Origin: a virus
IMG/VR virus record: IMGVR_UViG_3300044979_000007
Coordinates: 6,899-70,898 of that record
DNA: 64,000 nucleotides
Reading direction: 5' to 3' (one strand)
Shown here piece by piece: positions 48,401 through 57,501 of the stretch; the first letter of the stretch is position 1, and every line of letters starts with the position of its first letter. A program made the position numbers and the translations under genes. The notes beneath the pieces are model-generated. The model made no database searches, was not told the origin of the DNA, and saw only the letters and a program-made list of their open reading frames with translations.

Positions 48401-50593
48401 ATCAGCGACACTGCCGCGATATTGATAGGTTGGCAACCATTCGGGGCCAGCGGACAAACGATGAACCGAAAGGCTACGATAGCTATTGGTAATAATATCG
48501 GGTATGCCCAGAACGCTCATTGGTATGAAGATATTTTACTTTCAGATAGCCTTAATGCCCCATCATCAGATACATTTGTTTATAATGTAATAGCCATAGG
48601 TCATAATATCACCCTCCCCTCCGCTGCTTCGAATCTAGCTATTTTCGGGACACAGACACAGCAAATTTTACTTGGGAATGGCGGTGTGACGACTACGGTC
48701 ATGAATGCCTTTCCGAATATAGCCGGAGGAATTGTTTATAATACGACCACCGGTGGTTACTACTTTAATAATGGGTCAGGCTGGATAGCTTTTTCTTCTG
48801 GCGGAGGTGGGGGAGTAACAACAGTAGGGGCATACAACGGCGGAACGGCAAATTCAAATGGCCTTTATATCAGCGGGACCAACATATATGCCCAACCAGC
48901 ATCTACGACCAACCCTGGGATGGTCAATGCCTCCGGTGCGCAGACGCTTGGTATTACTATGACCCTGAACACCGATGCGACCATCCACGGCGTAAAAATT
49001 GGTACTGGGGTTGGGAGTGGCTCCGGAAATACTGCCACAGGAAACGGAGCGATGAGCACTGCAAGCACCGGAACTGGCAATACCGCAGATGGATTTGATG
49101 TTCTTTATAATTACAACGGGAGCGGCATTGGAGCCAATACAGGAGTAGGATATGAGGCGGCGATAAATGTTACTTCTGGTCAATACAACACCTTCCTAGG
49201 GTATCAGGCTGGGGACATAGTTTATACCGGCATCGGCAACACGGTGGTAGGAGCATCAGCCCAGTTCGGCAATAATACCAATCAAGCCGTCAGTTATGTA
49301 ACAGCAGTCGGTTACAACGCTCTTAATGCCAATTATGCAAATTATAATACCGCATTCGGATATGATGTTTTGGAACTGAACACAACTGGCACTTATAACG
49401 TAGGGTTCGCTCCAGGCGCTTTGGCCAACAACACAACCGGAAGCTACAATTATGGTGGTGGCGTCAATGCGGGCAATTCTCTTGTTTCCGGTAGTTATGA
49501 ATTTTTAATGGGTCCGTGGGTGAATTCGGCCACAACGACCGAAAGCGACACGGGCAGAATCCTGAATGGGATACTGATGACAGGATTGTTTTCTCCAACT
49601 GCTTTATACAGCACACCGGTGACTGGTTTTGAAGTAGGCATTGCGATGTATCCTACATCAACGCTGACGGTCGGCATTTCGCCGTACATGGGTACTTTAG
49701 GAACTCAATTGGTCGCCGCCGCCAAGACATCAAACGATGCGGTTACTTCAGGAAGTGGAACCGTCCCCGACATGGCGGCGGATGTGTTTAATGCCCCAAC
49801 ATTCAGTGCCACTAATACAGGCATCACCTATACAAATGGGTCTACTGTCTACATTTCAGGGGCACCATCGAACGGCACTAATGTAACCATCACAAACCCA
49901 TTTGCACTTAAAGTAGCGTCAGGAGCCAGCGATTTTGCAGGTCAGGTATTTGTGGCTAATCCGTCTTCCGGGAGTATGACGTGGAATCCCAATAGCGGTA
50001 CGGGGTTATCTCAAGGAGCGTTTAGCATTAAAAATATAACCTACAATGATGCCACTACTGCCGCCAGCGGGACAGTGACAAACGCTTTTGCGAATAGTGT
50101 AGCTACTCCTACTTTTTCAGCTACCAATACCGGCGTTGTGTACACTAACGCCTTCACTTTCTATATAAATGGTGCCCCGAGTGTAGGCACCAATATAATT
50201 ACAACAAACGGGTATGCTCTAGGCGTAAATGGCCCGGCTATTTTCCAAACTCAATTATCTACCAAAAGCGAAGCCATTTATAACTGGCAAACAGTAACAA
50301 CTGGCACCACATCTACAGTTGGTAACAATCAAACAAACTGGCTCCTTAATTTAAGCACTCTAGCTACCACGTTTACGGTTACCCTCCCTTCCGCACCTGT
50401 TGATGGGCAGTTAGTAAAATTATTCTTTGGCGGGACAATCTCAGGCGGGTCTACCGTAGTAACAGCCCTAACCGTTTCAGCCAACAGTGGTCAAACAATT
50501 ACTCAGTCAGCAGTCCCCACAACAGCTTTAAGCGGTAATTGCTATATCTATCAATACAATCTGGCATTAGCAAGCTGGTATCGTCAACAGTGA
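45461..50593 (+). CDS. tail-fibre/adhesin-like protein with N-terminal Sec signal peptide
   Basis: WSAILLILILFSLRGYG-Q; LLASNNLSDL..AR.NLGLG fibre motif; NTxxG beta-roll repeats; internal duplications. Confidence 0.75.
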   Translation: MNKGQRVALPNRYWSAILLILILFSLRGYGQTYNPSIHVVVNDAISPAQATPTDSRSMFYDATNFVYRPYQSTSEVLSYLNLSKYRTGNFLIVIDSGGTLQSNGTFLNGTNTIWMFRDSTTNSALIKLNIFNTGACSGCLLASNNLSDLANAGTARSNLGLGSMATQTTTAIGSDVVGTWPGALTVAKFNGQLPSYYLNYANLTNPPPGLSLTTTGTSGAATYNSTTGVLNIPNYTGGGGSCLNCNADTIGNIPLNFVSFCNNCVLTLDSTAGYAYWAPSTGGTASLPPNGGSGFRIYSPQIPAIRSLVCASGCTIDSTSNTGSLTFTVTTSGVGTVTNFSAVNITGFATQGVTNATTTPQLTYTLINAPAYNVWGNNTSSPGAPAYFAPNLTILNQWASGSIALLGATQTFTGSNTFNGGIFLGSSVGFSADNTYNIGSTLDGAANIYSRNLLSTSNLLLGAGASSSIAFDINGVTNAQLLSTGQLNLTKYTTPTSFTGTATSVLEVDASGNIIQGPITYNLYAVEGTSPIGTHGDSVQLGGSLGTLFQPDTIFTAGQPFYITGLPSKATALTTDSVLIETIAGQLYKLPVPSGGGGGLTSFTSPNSTITIGGTLTAPTVDINLAHANTWSALQTLTGGLAMTSNITFTATNTYSIGTLSDEASQVYTQNISANGGLALSAGSTNNITLAFNGTPEAVLSHTGQLQLNSYGVGTFTGTTAYYLAVTSAGQLIESSGSGGGSPGGSNTDVQFNNSGAFGGAAGMTWNGSVFTATAITSTGDATINGVDAGLGKGALAHNTVFGVGVFNATPTGDYNTFFGYDAGYGNTSGTGNIGIGPLVLSSNATGTYNVGIGYQAARNVTGSFIVAIGDQALSAYVSGNDATAVGALSQVNATGYGNTSLGKWSLSLLTTGTWNTGVGLGAGSGDSTGVDNWWGAYLAGDLASTGSWNTVTGAYAVQQQAHPFYNTDYGFEAGGQNSSISDTAAILIGWQPFGASGQTMNRKATIAIGNNIGYAQNAHWYEDILLSDSLNAPSSDTFVYNVIAIGHNITLPSAASNLAIFGTQTQQILLGNGGVTTTVMNAFPNIAGGIVYNTTTGGYYFNNGSGWIAFSSGGGGGVTTVGAYNGGTANSNGLYISGTNIYAQPASTTNPGMVNASGAQTLGITMTLNTDATIHGVKIGTGVGSGSGNTATGNGAMSTASTGTGNTADGFDVLYNYNGSGIGANTGVGYEAAINVTSGQYNTFLGYQAGDIVYTGIGNTVVGASAQFGNNTNQAVSYVTAVGYNALNANYANYNTAFGYDVLELNTTGTYNVGFAPGALANNTTGSYNYGGGVNAGNSLVSGSYEFLMGPWVNSATTTESDTGRILNGILMTGLFSPTALYSTPVTGFEVGIAMYPTSTLTVGISPYMGTLGTQLVAAAKTSNDAVTSGSGTVPDMAADVFNAPTFSATNTGITYTNGSTVYISGAPSNGTNVTITNPFALKVASGASDFAGQVFVANPSSGSMTWNPNSGTGLSQGAFSIKNITYNDATTAASGTVTNAFANSVATPTFSATNTGVVYTNAFTFYINGAPSVGTNIITTNGYALGVNGPAIFQTQLSTKSEAIYNWQTVTTGTTSTVGNNQTNWLLNLSTLATTFTVTLPSAPVDGQLVKLFFGGTISGGSTVVTALTVSANSGQTITQSAVPTTALSGNCYIYQYNLALASWYRQQ

Positions 50594-53500
50594 AGAAACT
50601 TTTAGTCATATTATTTTTTATCCTCCCCTTCCTTGTACATGGGCAGCAGCTAAACAGGGATCAGTGGGGTAATCAATTATATATTGTTCCTGTATGGGAA
50701 GGGTGGTGTGAATACTTGAATACCTACATCCGGTCGTCAGATTCGACCTGGTGGGCGGGTGGTAATGATATTGCTCTGCGTGGTTTGGGGTCGGCTACCG
50801 CTCCACAAGCGGTTCCTACAGCCGTGCCGGTTGCCGGTATAAAATTCATTCAGATTAGCAACGGATTGCATGACAATTTTGCGATTTCTTCTATAGCGGA
50901 CACCTCTTTTGGGTATGAGATAGGGGCCAACAATTACGGACAGCGAGGAGACGGGACAACCAACACACAAACCACGGCCTATAAGCTCCGTTACGATAGT
51001 TCCGGCAATCTGTTTGATAGTCTGAAGATCATTGCCGGAGGTTGGCAGGCGGCAAATAACGCCCCCTTTTATGCCGCCGTCAAAAACAACGGAAGCGTTT
51101 GGATGTGGGGTTATTTGGCCAGTGGTGGGGCTGGTAATCAATCGGCAGGGGGCACCTTAAAAAAGCCTATATCCGTTACTTTGGCCGGGGGTAAAATAGC
51201 AGAGTTTATTCAATGTAACGACGACTGCGCGGTTCTATGTTCCGACAGCACAGTACAGACATGGGGGAATGACAATAGCTATGCCTCAAATCTTGGTAGA
51301 ACTTATTCAGGAACCGGAAACCGATCCCCCACTGATATAGGTCTATCTCACATCGTTTCCATTGCCGTAGGATACGGGTTTAATTATGCGATTGATGTTA
51401 GTGGTCATGTACACTTCTGGGGGCAATTCGAGGCTTATGGTGGGTATGGCGCAACAAGTGGAACGGCAACCACTCCTATCGATATTACAACGGCCCTTGC
51501 ATTGTCTGCAACCCCTAAGAAGATTGTCTGCAACCACAACGCAACGATGGGATTACTCTCGAATGGCGAAGTGGTTAGCTGGGGTGGTATCCCAACGGGC
51601 TCAACCGCTCAGGGAGTTGATTTTAACTGGCCAGCTTATACCACACCTGCCAGCGGAACCAACCCTTATAATGGAACAGTTCCGAGCCCTTGGAATTGGT
51701 ACCTCGAATATTTCAATAACAGCAGTGCAGACTTTACCGATTACACCGTTCAAGTCAAACAGGTAGCTCCGGGTAAGAGCAATTTCGTTCAGATATTCGG
51801 CGGTCAATTATACGATTTTGATTTTGCTTGCGAAGATTCCACTGGGCAATTCTACCAAGCAGGCCGAAATAAAGGAGCGGTCATTGCCAACGGAACCTAT
51901 GCGGCTGACACCCTAAGTTCTACGATTGAAGCCGATTTTCCAGTTAGCTGGGATCAAATATATTTAGTGCTAACCAATCCATTCAACGTCACAGTGGTTC
52001 AGGAAGTAACAAGTCCATATTGCGTCCTCAATCCTTCGACAGCGCCTTGTCCAAATTACACGATTCCAACGCGGACACACCCACATGCGTCAGTTACTTC
52101 ATTCACAACAGCACCTGGCAGAGTTGTTCTTAATGGAAGCGCCTCTACTGCTTATTACTTCAACAATAGGCTATGGACGCAATTGACAGGCCCGGCAACA
52201 ACGCAAATGGCCATTCAAACCTCACCAACCGATACGGTAATACTCATAACACCCGGTACATACACATATAAATATAAAATAACCGATGACGTTTGGCAAT
52301 CTGATTCAGCCGTCTCAACCATAATCGTATCTGCCGTAGCACAAACAGGGTTTTATTTCGCAGATACGGCTACCGGGACAGGATGCACTTTAGCATGGCC
52401 GTGCCCACCTTCTCTATTTAATTCAGTATACGCCACAGAAAGTGGTGGTGATACCAATTACCTAAAGCGGGGTGATGTCTTCCCGATTGAAATGGTTGCC
52501 AATTCATCCGGATCATCTGGTAATCCCATTGTAACAAGACCCTACGGAACAGGACCGGAACCCATCATAGGAGGGATGACTACCCAAACAGGGTGGACCA
52601 ATATCGGGAGTAACGTTTGGCAGGTAGCTTACACGAGCGGAGTAATTCCTAATTTACTCGCCGCAAATGACACGCTATGGAATGTAGCCAGAACACCCAA
52701 TTTCTTATCCGGATATCACATCGCTACCTCAACAACGAGTAATACAATTACCGACGCGGCGAATGCGGGAACGGTCTCTACCGGGGATAGTATTGTATAT
52801 CGACCAAATCCGTATACCTTCAATCATAGAAAAGTCAGCGGGGTAGCCGGGTCAGTCATCACCGTTAGTTCAAACTTCGGAACCATAGCAGGCGGGTTAG
52901 GGTGGTTCAAGTACAACACCTTACCAGATACGGCCTACGAATACAGAATGAACAGCGGAAATTTACAGGTGTATAGCGTCAACACGCCAACGAATATCAC
53001 CACGCCAACCGTTGACACCTGTTTACTCAGTGAAGGAACCTATCAGGAATGGGATAGTCTGCATTTCTCAGGCGGCAACAACGCTGGTATTATCTTAGCC
53101 TTCCAAGCCAATTCAGGAAATGTTTTCAAATGGGATACGGTAGATTATTGTTTCGATGCTTTTCAAATGCGGACACAAGGCGGCTGGTCACTCATCAACT
53201 GCCACATCCTTCACTGTGTTGATGGAGGCGTACAGAAACAAGGAAACAGCAACTACAACAACACCTATCTAAGCGATACTCTAATTGATATAGGTATGCG
53301 TCCGGGAATGGGTGGGGAAAATGGAGATCAAAACTATTCAGCTCTCGTGGCCGGTGACAGCGGATCGATTGTCAAGTACTGTGAGGTTTACCAAGCCGGA
53401 TACATTGGGATAGCCAATTATGGAAGCAGGTATAAATCAGATAGCAATTGGGTGAACTTCTTTTGTCAGGTGGCGGAAGATGGAGGCGGATTATACACGT

Positions 53501-54234
53501 ATCAAGCATCCGGAAGTGTGCCTTCTTACCGTCCTGAAAATGTCGGAGACGTTATATCCAATGGAGGAAGCTATTTAGCGCATAACGGCATGAACCCAAC
53601 GCTAACGCCGGCAGCTTACGGCGTTTACAATGACAATTACAGCAGCAATATTTATAGTAACGGCGTGTCTGTGTATAACGTAAGTGCATCATCGTTCTTT
53701 TGTCACGGGCCTAACGACACTTTCATAAACTGCACAGCTTATGCATCAGGACTATCAGATCTTTACTTGTATGAGATATCCACCGGTCCTGTCATAACAG
53801 GTACTTACGTGAAGCATAATGTTTTTGGATCAGGGACATGGAGTGTAGCTGCCGTTCGGTTTGCCACTGTTAACAACGACATCCCAACGATGGCCACATC
53901 CGATAGTAACCAGGTGGCTGGATTCAATGGAGCGCCCAATCCATATTGGACATTTGCAACGTCCGGTGGTGATCCTGGAACTTTTAGAACGTTGGCAGGA
54001 TGGACAGGATTAACAGGATATGACGCGCATACTACATATCAGACAGGAGTTTTAGGATTTAATTACAACGGGACATCATCTAATTCAACACAAAACCTGA
54101 ATAATCTATACAAAACTTTGAATGGCGCATTTAAATGGGGAAGTATTACCTTATCACCGTACACCTCTCAGGTATTGATAAATGTGGGGGTTGGTATTCA
54201 AATACAAATTGGTAGTAAACTAAATGTTTTATAA
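50590..54234 (+). CDS. signal-peptide protein with RCC1-like repeats, PKD-like domain and right-handed beta-helix
   Basis: GTGA overlap start; MKKLLVILFFILPFLVHG-Q; G.NNYGQRGDG, V..WG repeats; WTQLTGP..PGTYTY; YLKRGD, EDGGGLYT. Confidence 0.75.
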   Translation: MKKLLVILFFILPFLVHGQQLNRDQWGNQLYIVPVWEGWCEYLNTYIRSSDSTWWAGGNDIALRGLGSATAPQAVPTAVPVAGIKFIQISNGLHDNFAISSIADTSFGYEIGANNYGQRGDGTTNTQTTAYKLRYDSSGNLFDSLKIIAGGWQAANNAPFYAAVKNNGSVWMWGYLASGGAGNQSAGGTLKKPISVTLAGGKIAEFIQCNDDCAVLCSDSTVQTWGNDNSYASNLGRTYSGTGNRSPTDIGLSHIVSIAVGYGFNYAIDVSGHVHFWGQFEAYGGYGATSGTATTPIDITTALALSATPKKIVCNHNATMGLLSNGEVVSWGGIPTGSTAQGVDFNWPAYTTPASGTNPYNGTVPSPWNWYLEYFNNSSADFTDYTVQVKQVAPGKSNFVQIFGGQLYDFDFACEDSTGQFYQAGRNKGAVIANGTYAADTLSSTIEADFPVSWDQIYLVLTNPFNVTVVQEVTSPYCVLNPSTAPCPNYTIPTRTHPHASVTSFTTAPGRVVLNGSASTAYYFNNRLWTQLTGPATTQMAIQTSPTDTVILITPGTYTYKYKITDDVWQSDSAVSTIIVSAVAQTGFYFADTATGTGCTLAWPCPPSLFNSVYATESGGDTNYLKRGDVFPIEMVANSSGSSGNPIVTRPYGTGPEPIIGGMTTQTGWTNIGSNVWQVAYTSGVIPNLLAANDTLWNVARTPNFLSGYHIATSTTSNTITDAANAGTVSTGDSIVYRPNPYTFNHRKVSGVAGSVITVSSNFGTIAGGLGWFKYNTLPDTAYEYRMNSGNLQVYSVNTPTNITTPTVDTCLLSEGTYQEWDSLHFSGGNNAGIILAFQANSGNVFKWDTVDYCFDAFQMRTQGGWSLINCHILHCVDGGVQKQGNSNYNNTYLSDTLIDIGMRPGMGGENGDQNYSALVAGDSGSIVKYCEVYQAGYIGIANYGSRYKSDSNWVNFFCQVAEDGGGLYTYQASGSVPSYRPENVGDVISNGGSYLAHNGMNPTLTPAAYGVYNDNYSSNIYSNGVSVYNVSASSFFCHGPNDTFINCTAYASGLSDLYLYEISTGPVITGTYVKHNVFGSGTWSVAAVRFATVNNDIPTMATSDSNQVAGFNGAPNPYWTFATSGGDPGTFRTLAGWTGLTGYDAHTTYQTGVLGFNYNGTSSNSTQNLNNLYKTLNGAFKWGSITLSPYTSQVLINVGVGIQIQIGSKLNVL

Positions 54235-55157
54235 TGAGAAAATTATTCAGTCTTTTGGCATTTCTTCTGCCGTTGTCGATCTTCGCTCAGACAACGCCAG
54301 GCATCACTGAGGTTACCCTTGGTGGGTATCAATTTTTGGAGCATATCCCACAAGCCTATAAAGCAGGACAGTTGGTTAATGTGTTGATTCAGGCACCTGG
54401 TAGTGGCGAAGTGGGTGGACCGATAGCTAAAGACACCATTAACGGACCATTCGCCTCGTGGGATGGACATCCGGGCGTAAAGGATACAACAGTCATGGAC
54501 CCAAATCTGGTAGTACTGGCATGGAACCCCGGAACGTCTTATGTGGCCAATAGTCAGGTGGCCGGGGTTATCGCAGCGGTCAAATCCACGTTCAATGTTA
54601 ACAAAATTGCCGTGTCAGGACTTTCTGAAGGTTGTGGCGATTTTACCAATTGGGCGTATAGTTCCTATGCTAATTTTTCACAGATTGCAGCCTTTTTCTT
54701 ATTCAGTCCACAGCCAACACAAGCGGTAGCCTATGCCGGTCCTGGAACGCAGTGCCAATGGTTCTTGAAAGATTCCGCGTATTTTTATGCAGCTTGCGCC
54801 ACACAAGACCCTGATGGATTTTATGGACCGGCACTATTGGAGTTTGACAGCATACAGGCAGAACATCCCTACCGGACCCCTGAATTTACCGCTATGTCCT
54901 GTTCGTGCCATTCATCCGCCGCATGGGGACAATTCTTCTCACCTTATTGGATCGATCCTGTTACTGGAAGGAATATTTATAACCAATTCATGTATGAATA
55001 CCCTGTTGCTTCAGTTGGGCCGCCAGTTACTCCGCCTGTGACCAAATGCCCTGTGCAGCGCACCGCTATTGGATTTACCCTGACCTATGTAAACGGAGTT
55101 TTAACCACATTGGTAACCTATTCTGATTCGACTAGCGCACCTATCGTAGTGCCATAA
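54234..55157 (+). CDS. signal-peptide alpha/beta-hydrolase (esterase-like)
   Basis: MRKLFSLLAFLLPLSIFA-Q; PGSGE oxyanion region, GLSEG nucleophile elbow, candidate Asp (TQDP) and His (CHSSAAW). Confidence 0.72.
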   Translation: MRKLFSLLAFLLPLSIFAQTTPGITEVTLGGYQFLEHIPQAYKAGQLVNVLIQAPGSGEVGGPIAKDTINGPFASWDGHPGVKDTTVMDPNLVVLAWNPGTSYVANSQVAGVIAAVKSTFNVNKIAVSGLSEGCGDFTNWAYSSYANFSQIAAFFLFSPQPTQAVAYAGPGTQCQWFLKDSAYFYAACATQDPDGFYGPALLEFDSIQAEHPYRTPEFTAMSCSCHSSAAWGQFFSPYWIDPVTGRNIYNQFMYEYPVASVGPPVTPPVTKCPVQRTAIGFTLTYVNGVLTTLVTYSDSTSAPIVVP

Positions 55158-55159
55158 AA

Positions 55160-55501
55160 ATGAAAGACAATGTTAACCAATATGATCTTTTAGAGGAAAT
55201 GCTCAATACCGTCAGACAGGACGTGCAGGGCGTAAAGGATAACATCGTCCATCAGGAAAAGGAAAACGAGCGACGACTGGATGCGCTCAACGGAGAGGGC
55301 GACAGAATAAAGGAGATACTTAAAGAATCAATTCCTCGGGAAGTATTTGATCGTACCGTAGAGAGTATTAGAACAAGGGTAGCTGCCGTGGAAGCAGCAA
55401 TGATAAAGGCAGAAGGGAGACATCAACTATTGCAATATATTCCGTGGGTGCTGACGGTGATTTCTCTTATTTTCATGTATTTGATGTACAAGAAGCCATG
55501 A
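55160..55501 (+). CDS. coiled-coil protein with C-terminal TM (holin/haemolysin-like)
   Basis: Heptads then IPWVLTVISLIFMYLMY. Confidence 0.6.
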   Translation: MKDNVNQYDLLEEMLNTVRQDVQGVKDNIVHQEKENERRLDALNGEGDRIKEILKESIPREVFDRTVESIRTRVAAVEAAMIKAEGRHQLLQYIPWVLTVISLIFMYLMYKKP

Positions 55502-55644
55502 AGGAGAAAAAAGACCCCCGAAAGGACGTAATGGACCGCATCCTAAACACACTGGCCTACTTTTCTAATGAGGAGCTATGGGAAATATTGGTTGCGCTGG
55601 CTAAGAAGAAGAAAAACGGGAAGAATGGAGGGGCAAAACAATGA
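55498..55644 (+). CDS. small basic protein
   Basis: ATGA overlap; MKEKKDPRKD... Confidence 0.45.
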   Translation: MKEKKDPRKDVMDRILNTLAYFSNEELWEILVALAKKKKNGKNGGAKQ

Positions 55645-55803
55645 ATTATGGAATATTTACTTAATATTGTATAAGGGTCTAACGGTACGGGATTTGTATG
55701 TTTGATTTAAATCAATTTTATGACCGATGCAATTATACACCCCCCTTTACCGGAAGTCCGCTTACCGGCGAAATTGGTAAACATGACCTTTAATCCAATT
55801 AGT

Positions 55804-56169
55804 ATGAACACGCAGGAACAGTCTGAAAAAAATGAGCGAGAGGAGCGGTACAGAGTGTCCCAGGATGATGTGTCGGTCATACGAAAAGAGGTCAACAAGT
55901 TGACAGAAGCGGTAGGGGATCTGAAGCAGGAGACGCAAAAAATGGTCGAAGCCCTTCAAGGAAACAAATACGGTAATAAGGGGATTTTGGAAAGATTGGT
56001 AGCTGTTGAACAAACCGCAAAGGCCCTAGAAGATAAAGTAGAGGATGTTATCTTAAAAGCCAAAAGCCGAGAAACGTATGTGAGGATCATTTGGGGTTTA
56101 ATTTGTGCATTGGGCAGTATGGCCGTTACGGTGATTATTGAGCGAATATGGTCGCCGAAAGGTAAGTAA
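55804..56169 (+). CDS. coiled-coil protein with C-terminal TM (holin-like)
   Basis: GNKYGNKGILERL..VE then TM IIWGLICALGSMAVTVII. Confidence 0.6.
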   Translation: MNTQEQSEKNEREERYRVSQDDVSVIRKEVNKLTEAVGDLKQETQKMVEALQGNKYGNKGILERLVAVEQTAKALEDKVEDVILKAKSRETYVRIIWGLICALGSMAVTVIIERIWSPKGK

Positions 56170-56186
56170 TTAATAACTTAAAATAT

Positions 56187-56651
56187 ATGGCATCTACAAC
56201 GACAACTCCCACACCTCCAACGCCGCCGACAACCGGAATAGCGGCATGGATAGCGGCAAATAAGGTCATTCTTTTTGGAATTTTGTCCGCTGGTATTTTA
56301 GCCGTTCAGCAATTGGCAAGTCAATATCCAAAGGACTATAAAGTTTTGGGCCTCGCTGCTTTTATCGCCGTCCTATCGTTTCTTGCCAACAATCTACGCG
56401 GTCAGTGGGCGTCTATCTTAGGATCGCTATTGCCTTCCCTTGGAATTGTGTTGACGAATATCGAAGCTGTTCCGCCTGTTCCCATTAGTTGGTGGCAGTT
56501 CGCCGGGGGCGCCGCATTGGCCATAGGAGGGGTATTGGCACCTCCCGCAAAGAGCCTATCTTACGAAACATCTCCGACAATTGTAGCAGCAAAAGCACAA
56601 GCTGCCACTACGGATGCCGCAAAAAGTACTTCACCCCCCGTTTCAAAATAA
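56187..56651 (+). CDS. multi-pass membrane protein, holin candidate
   Basis: Four hydrophobic segments; upstream of the endolysin. Confidence 0.6.
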   Translation: MASTTTTPTPPTPPTTGIAAWIAANKVILFGILSAGILAVQQLASQYPKDYKVLGLAAFIAVLSFLANNLRGQWASILGSLLPSLGIVLTNIEAVPPVPISWWQFAGGAALAIGGVLAPPAKSLSYETSPTIVAAKAQAATTDAAKSTSPPVSK

Positions 56652-56657
56652 CTACTT

Positions 56658-57170
56658 ATGAAATATATATTGATAATCTCTTTACTCTTTATCGGGATCG
56701 TTGGGAATGCTCAGTCTCCTTTTAAATCTCAGCCTGTTTTGCAATTACGCGGGGCATCGGCAGTACGTGCGATGGCGGTTACAACTGTTCCGGCAGCTAT
56801 TTCCCCACTACCAACGGTTACAGAAGCGGATAGCATTGTAAATGCTTGGCGGTTTACGGCCAATATTTCGCCAGGCGGATACACATTCAATGGAACCTAT
56901 CAGGTAATGGCCGGAGCCGAATTTGGCTGGCAGCATCAATCATACTCCTATGCCACCCAAACCTACACAGTACTCTATTCCATCAATGCCGCATGGTTTC
57001 CTATTAATTCTGCGAATGGCTTTACCTCATTGGCGGGTATTTCTTCCGTGGCGGCCTTATTCGGCTTCGATAACAATTTGATCCAGCTAGGGCCGATGTA
57101 TAATCCGAACGCACCTGCAAATCAAAAATGGGGAGTTTGCGCAGTAATTGGTATCAACCTAAACAATTGA
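56658..57170 (+). CDS. exported beta-strand protein (small outer-membrane barrel candidate)
   Basis: MKYILIISLLFIGIVGNA-Q; alternating aromatic strands; C-terminal VIGINL. Confidence 0.6.
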   Translation: MKYILIISLLFIGIVGNAQSPFKSQPVLQLRGASAVRAMAVTTVPAAISPLPTVTEADSIVNAWRFTANISPGGYTFNGTYQVMAGAEFGWQHQSYSYATQTYTVLYSINAAWFPINSANGFTSLAGISSVAALFGFDNNLIQLGPMYNPNAPANQKWGVCAVIGINLNN

Positions 57171-57174
57171 CGAG

Positions 57175-57282
57175 ATGAAAAGACGGCCACCGATGGATGT
57201 CCTTGCGGCTATGCTTTGGTGGTTCTATTTGGCTTTTCTAATTTTTGTTATCTTTGGTATCTGTTCCCATAAACTTAAATAA
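57175..57282 (+). CDS. single-TM micropeptide (35 aa)
   Basis: Manual: MKRRPPMDVLAAMLWWFYLAFLIFVIFGICSHKLK. Confidence 0.5.
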   Translation: MKRRPPMDVLAAMLWWFYLAFLIFVIFGICSHKLK

Positions 57283-57283
57283 T

Positions 57284-57409
57284 ATGTACATCAAAACATG
57301 GAAGATCATCGTAGGATGTGTACTGGCTTTGATTTTAGCTGGTATTGCTTTTACATCCATCCGTAATTATGCTGCCACTCATTACGATCACCAATATACG
57401 CAACGATGA
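57284..57409 (+). CDS. single-TM micropeptide (41 aa)
   Basis: Manual: MYIKTWKIIVGCVLALILAGIAFTSIRNYAATHYDHQYTQR. Confidence 0.5.
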   Translation: MYIKTWKIIVGCVLALILAGIAFTSIRNYAATHYDHQYTQR

Positions 57410-57501
57410 CTAAATCAGATATAGCCAAACTAATGTACATAGCTGTGCTAATCTCTTGCGCTATTGTTATTTGGTTGGATAAACCCGAACTGATATGGTA
57501 G
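57406..57501 (+). CDS. single-TM micropeptide (31 aa)
   Basis: Manual: MTKSDIAKLMYIAVLISCAIVIWLDKPELIW; ATGA overlap. Confidence 0.5.
   Translation: MTKSDIAKLMYIAVLISCAIVIWLDKPELIW

Noticed and set aside
6289-54470. Numerous 60-170 aa antisense ORFs inside large genes
   Set aside because: Shadow ORFs of the coding strand with no motifs or start context
45461-55157. Diversity-generating retroelement targeting the fibres
   Set aside because: No reverse transcriptase and no TR/VR pair differing at adenines seen; the internal duplications are old, protein-level repeats
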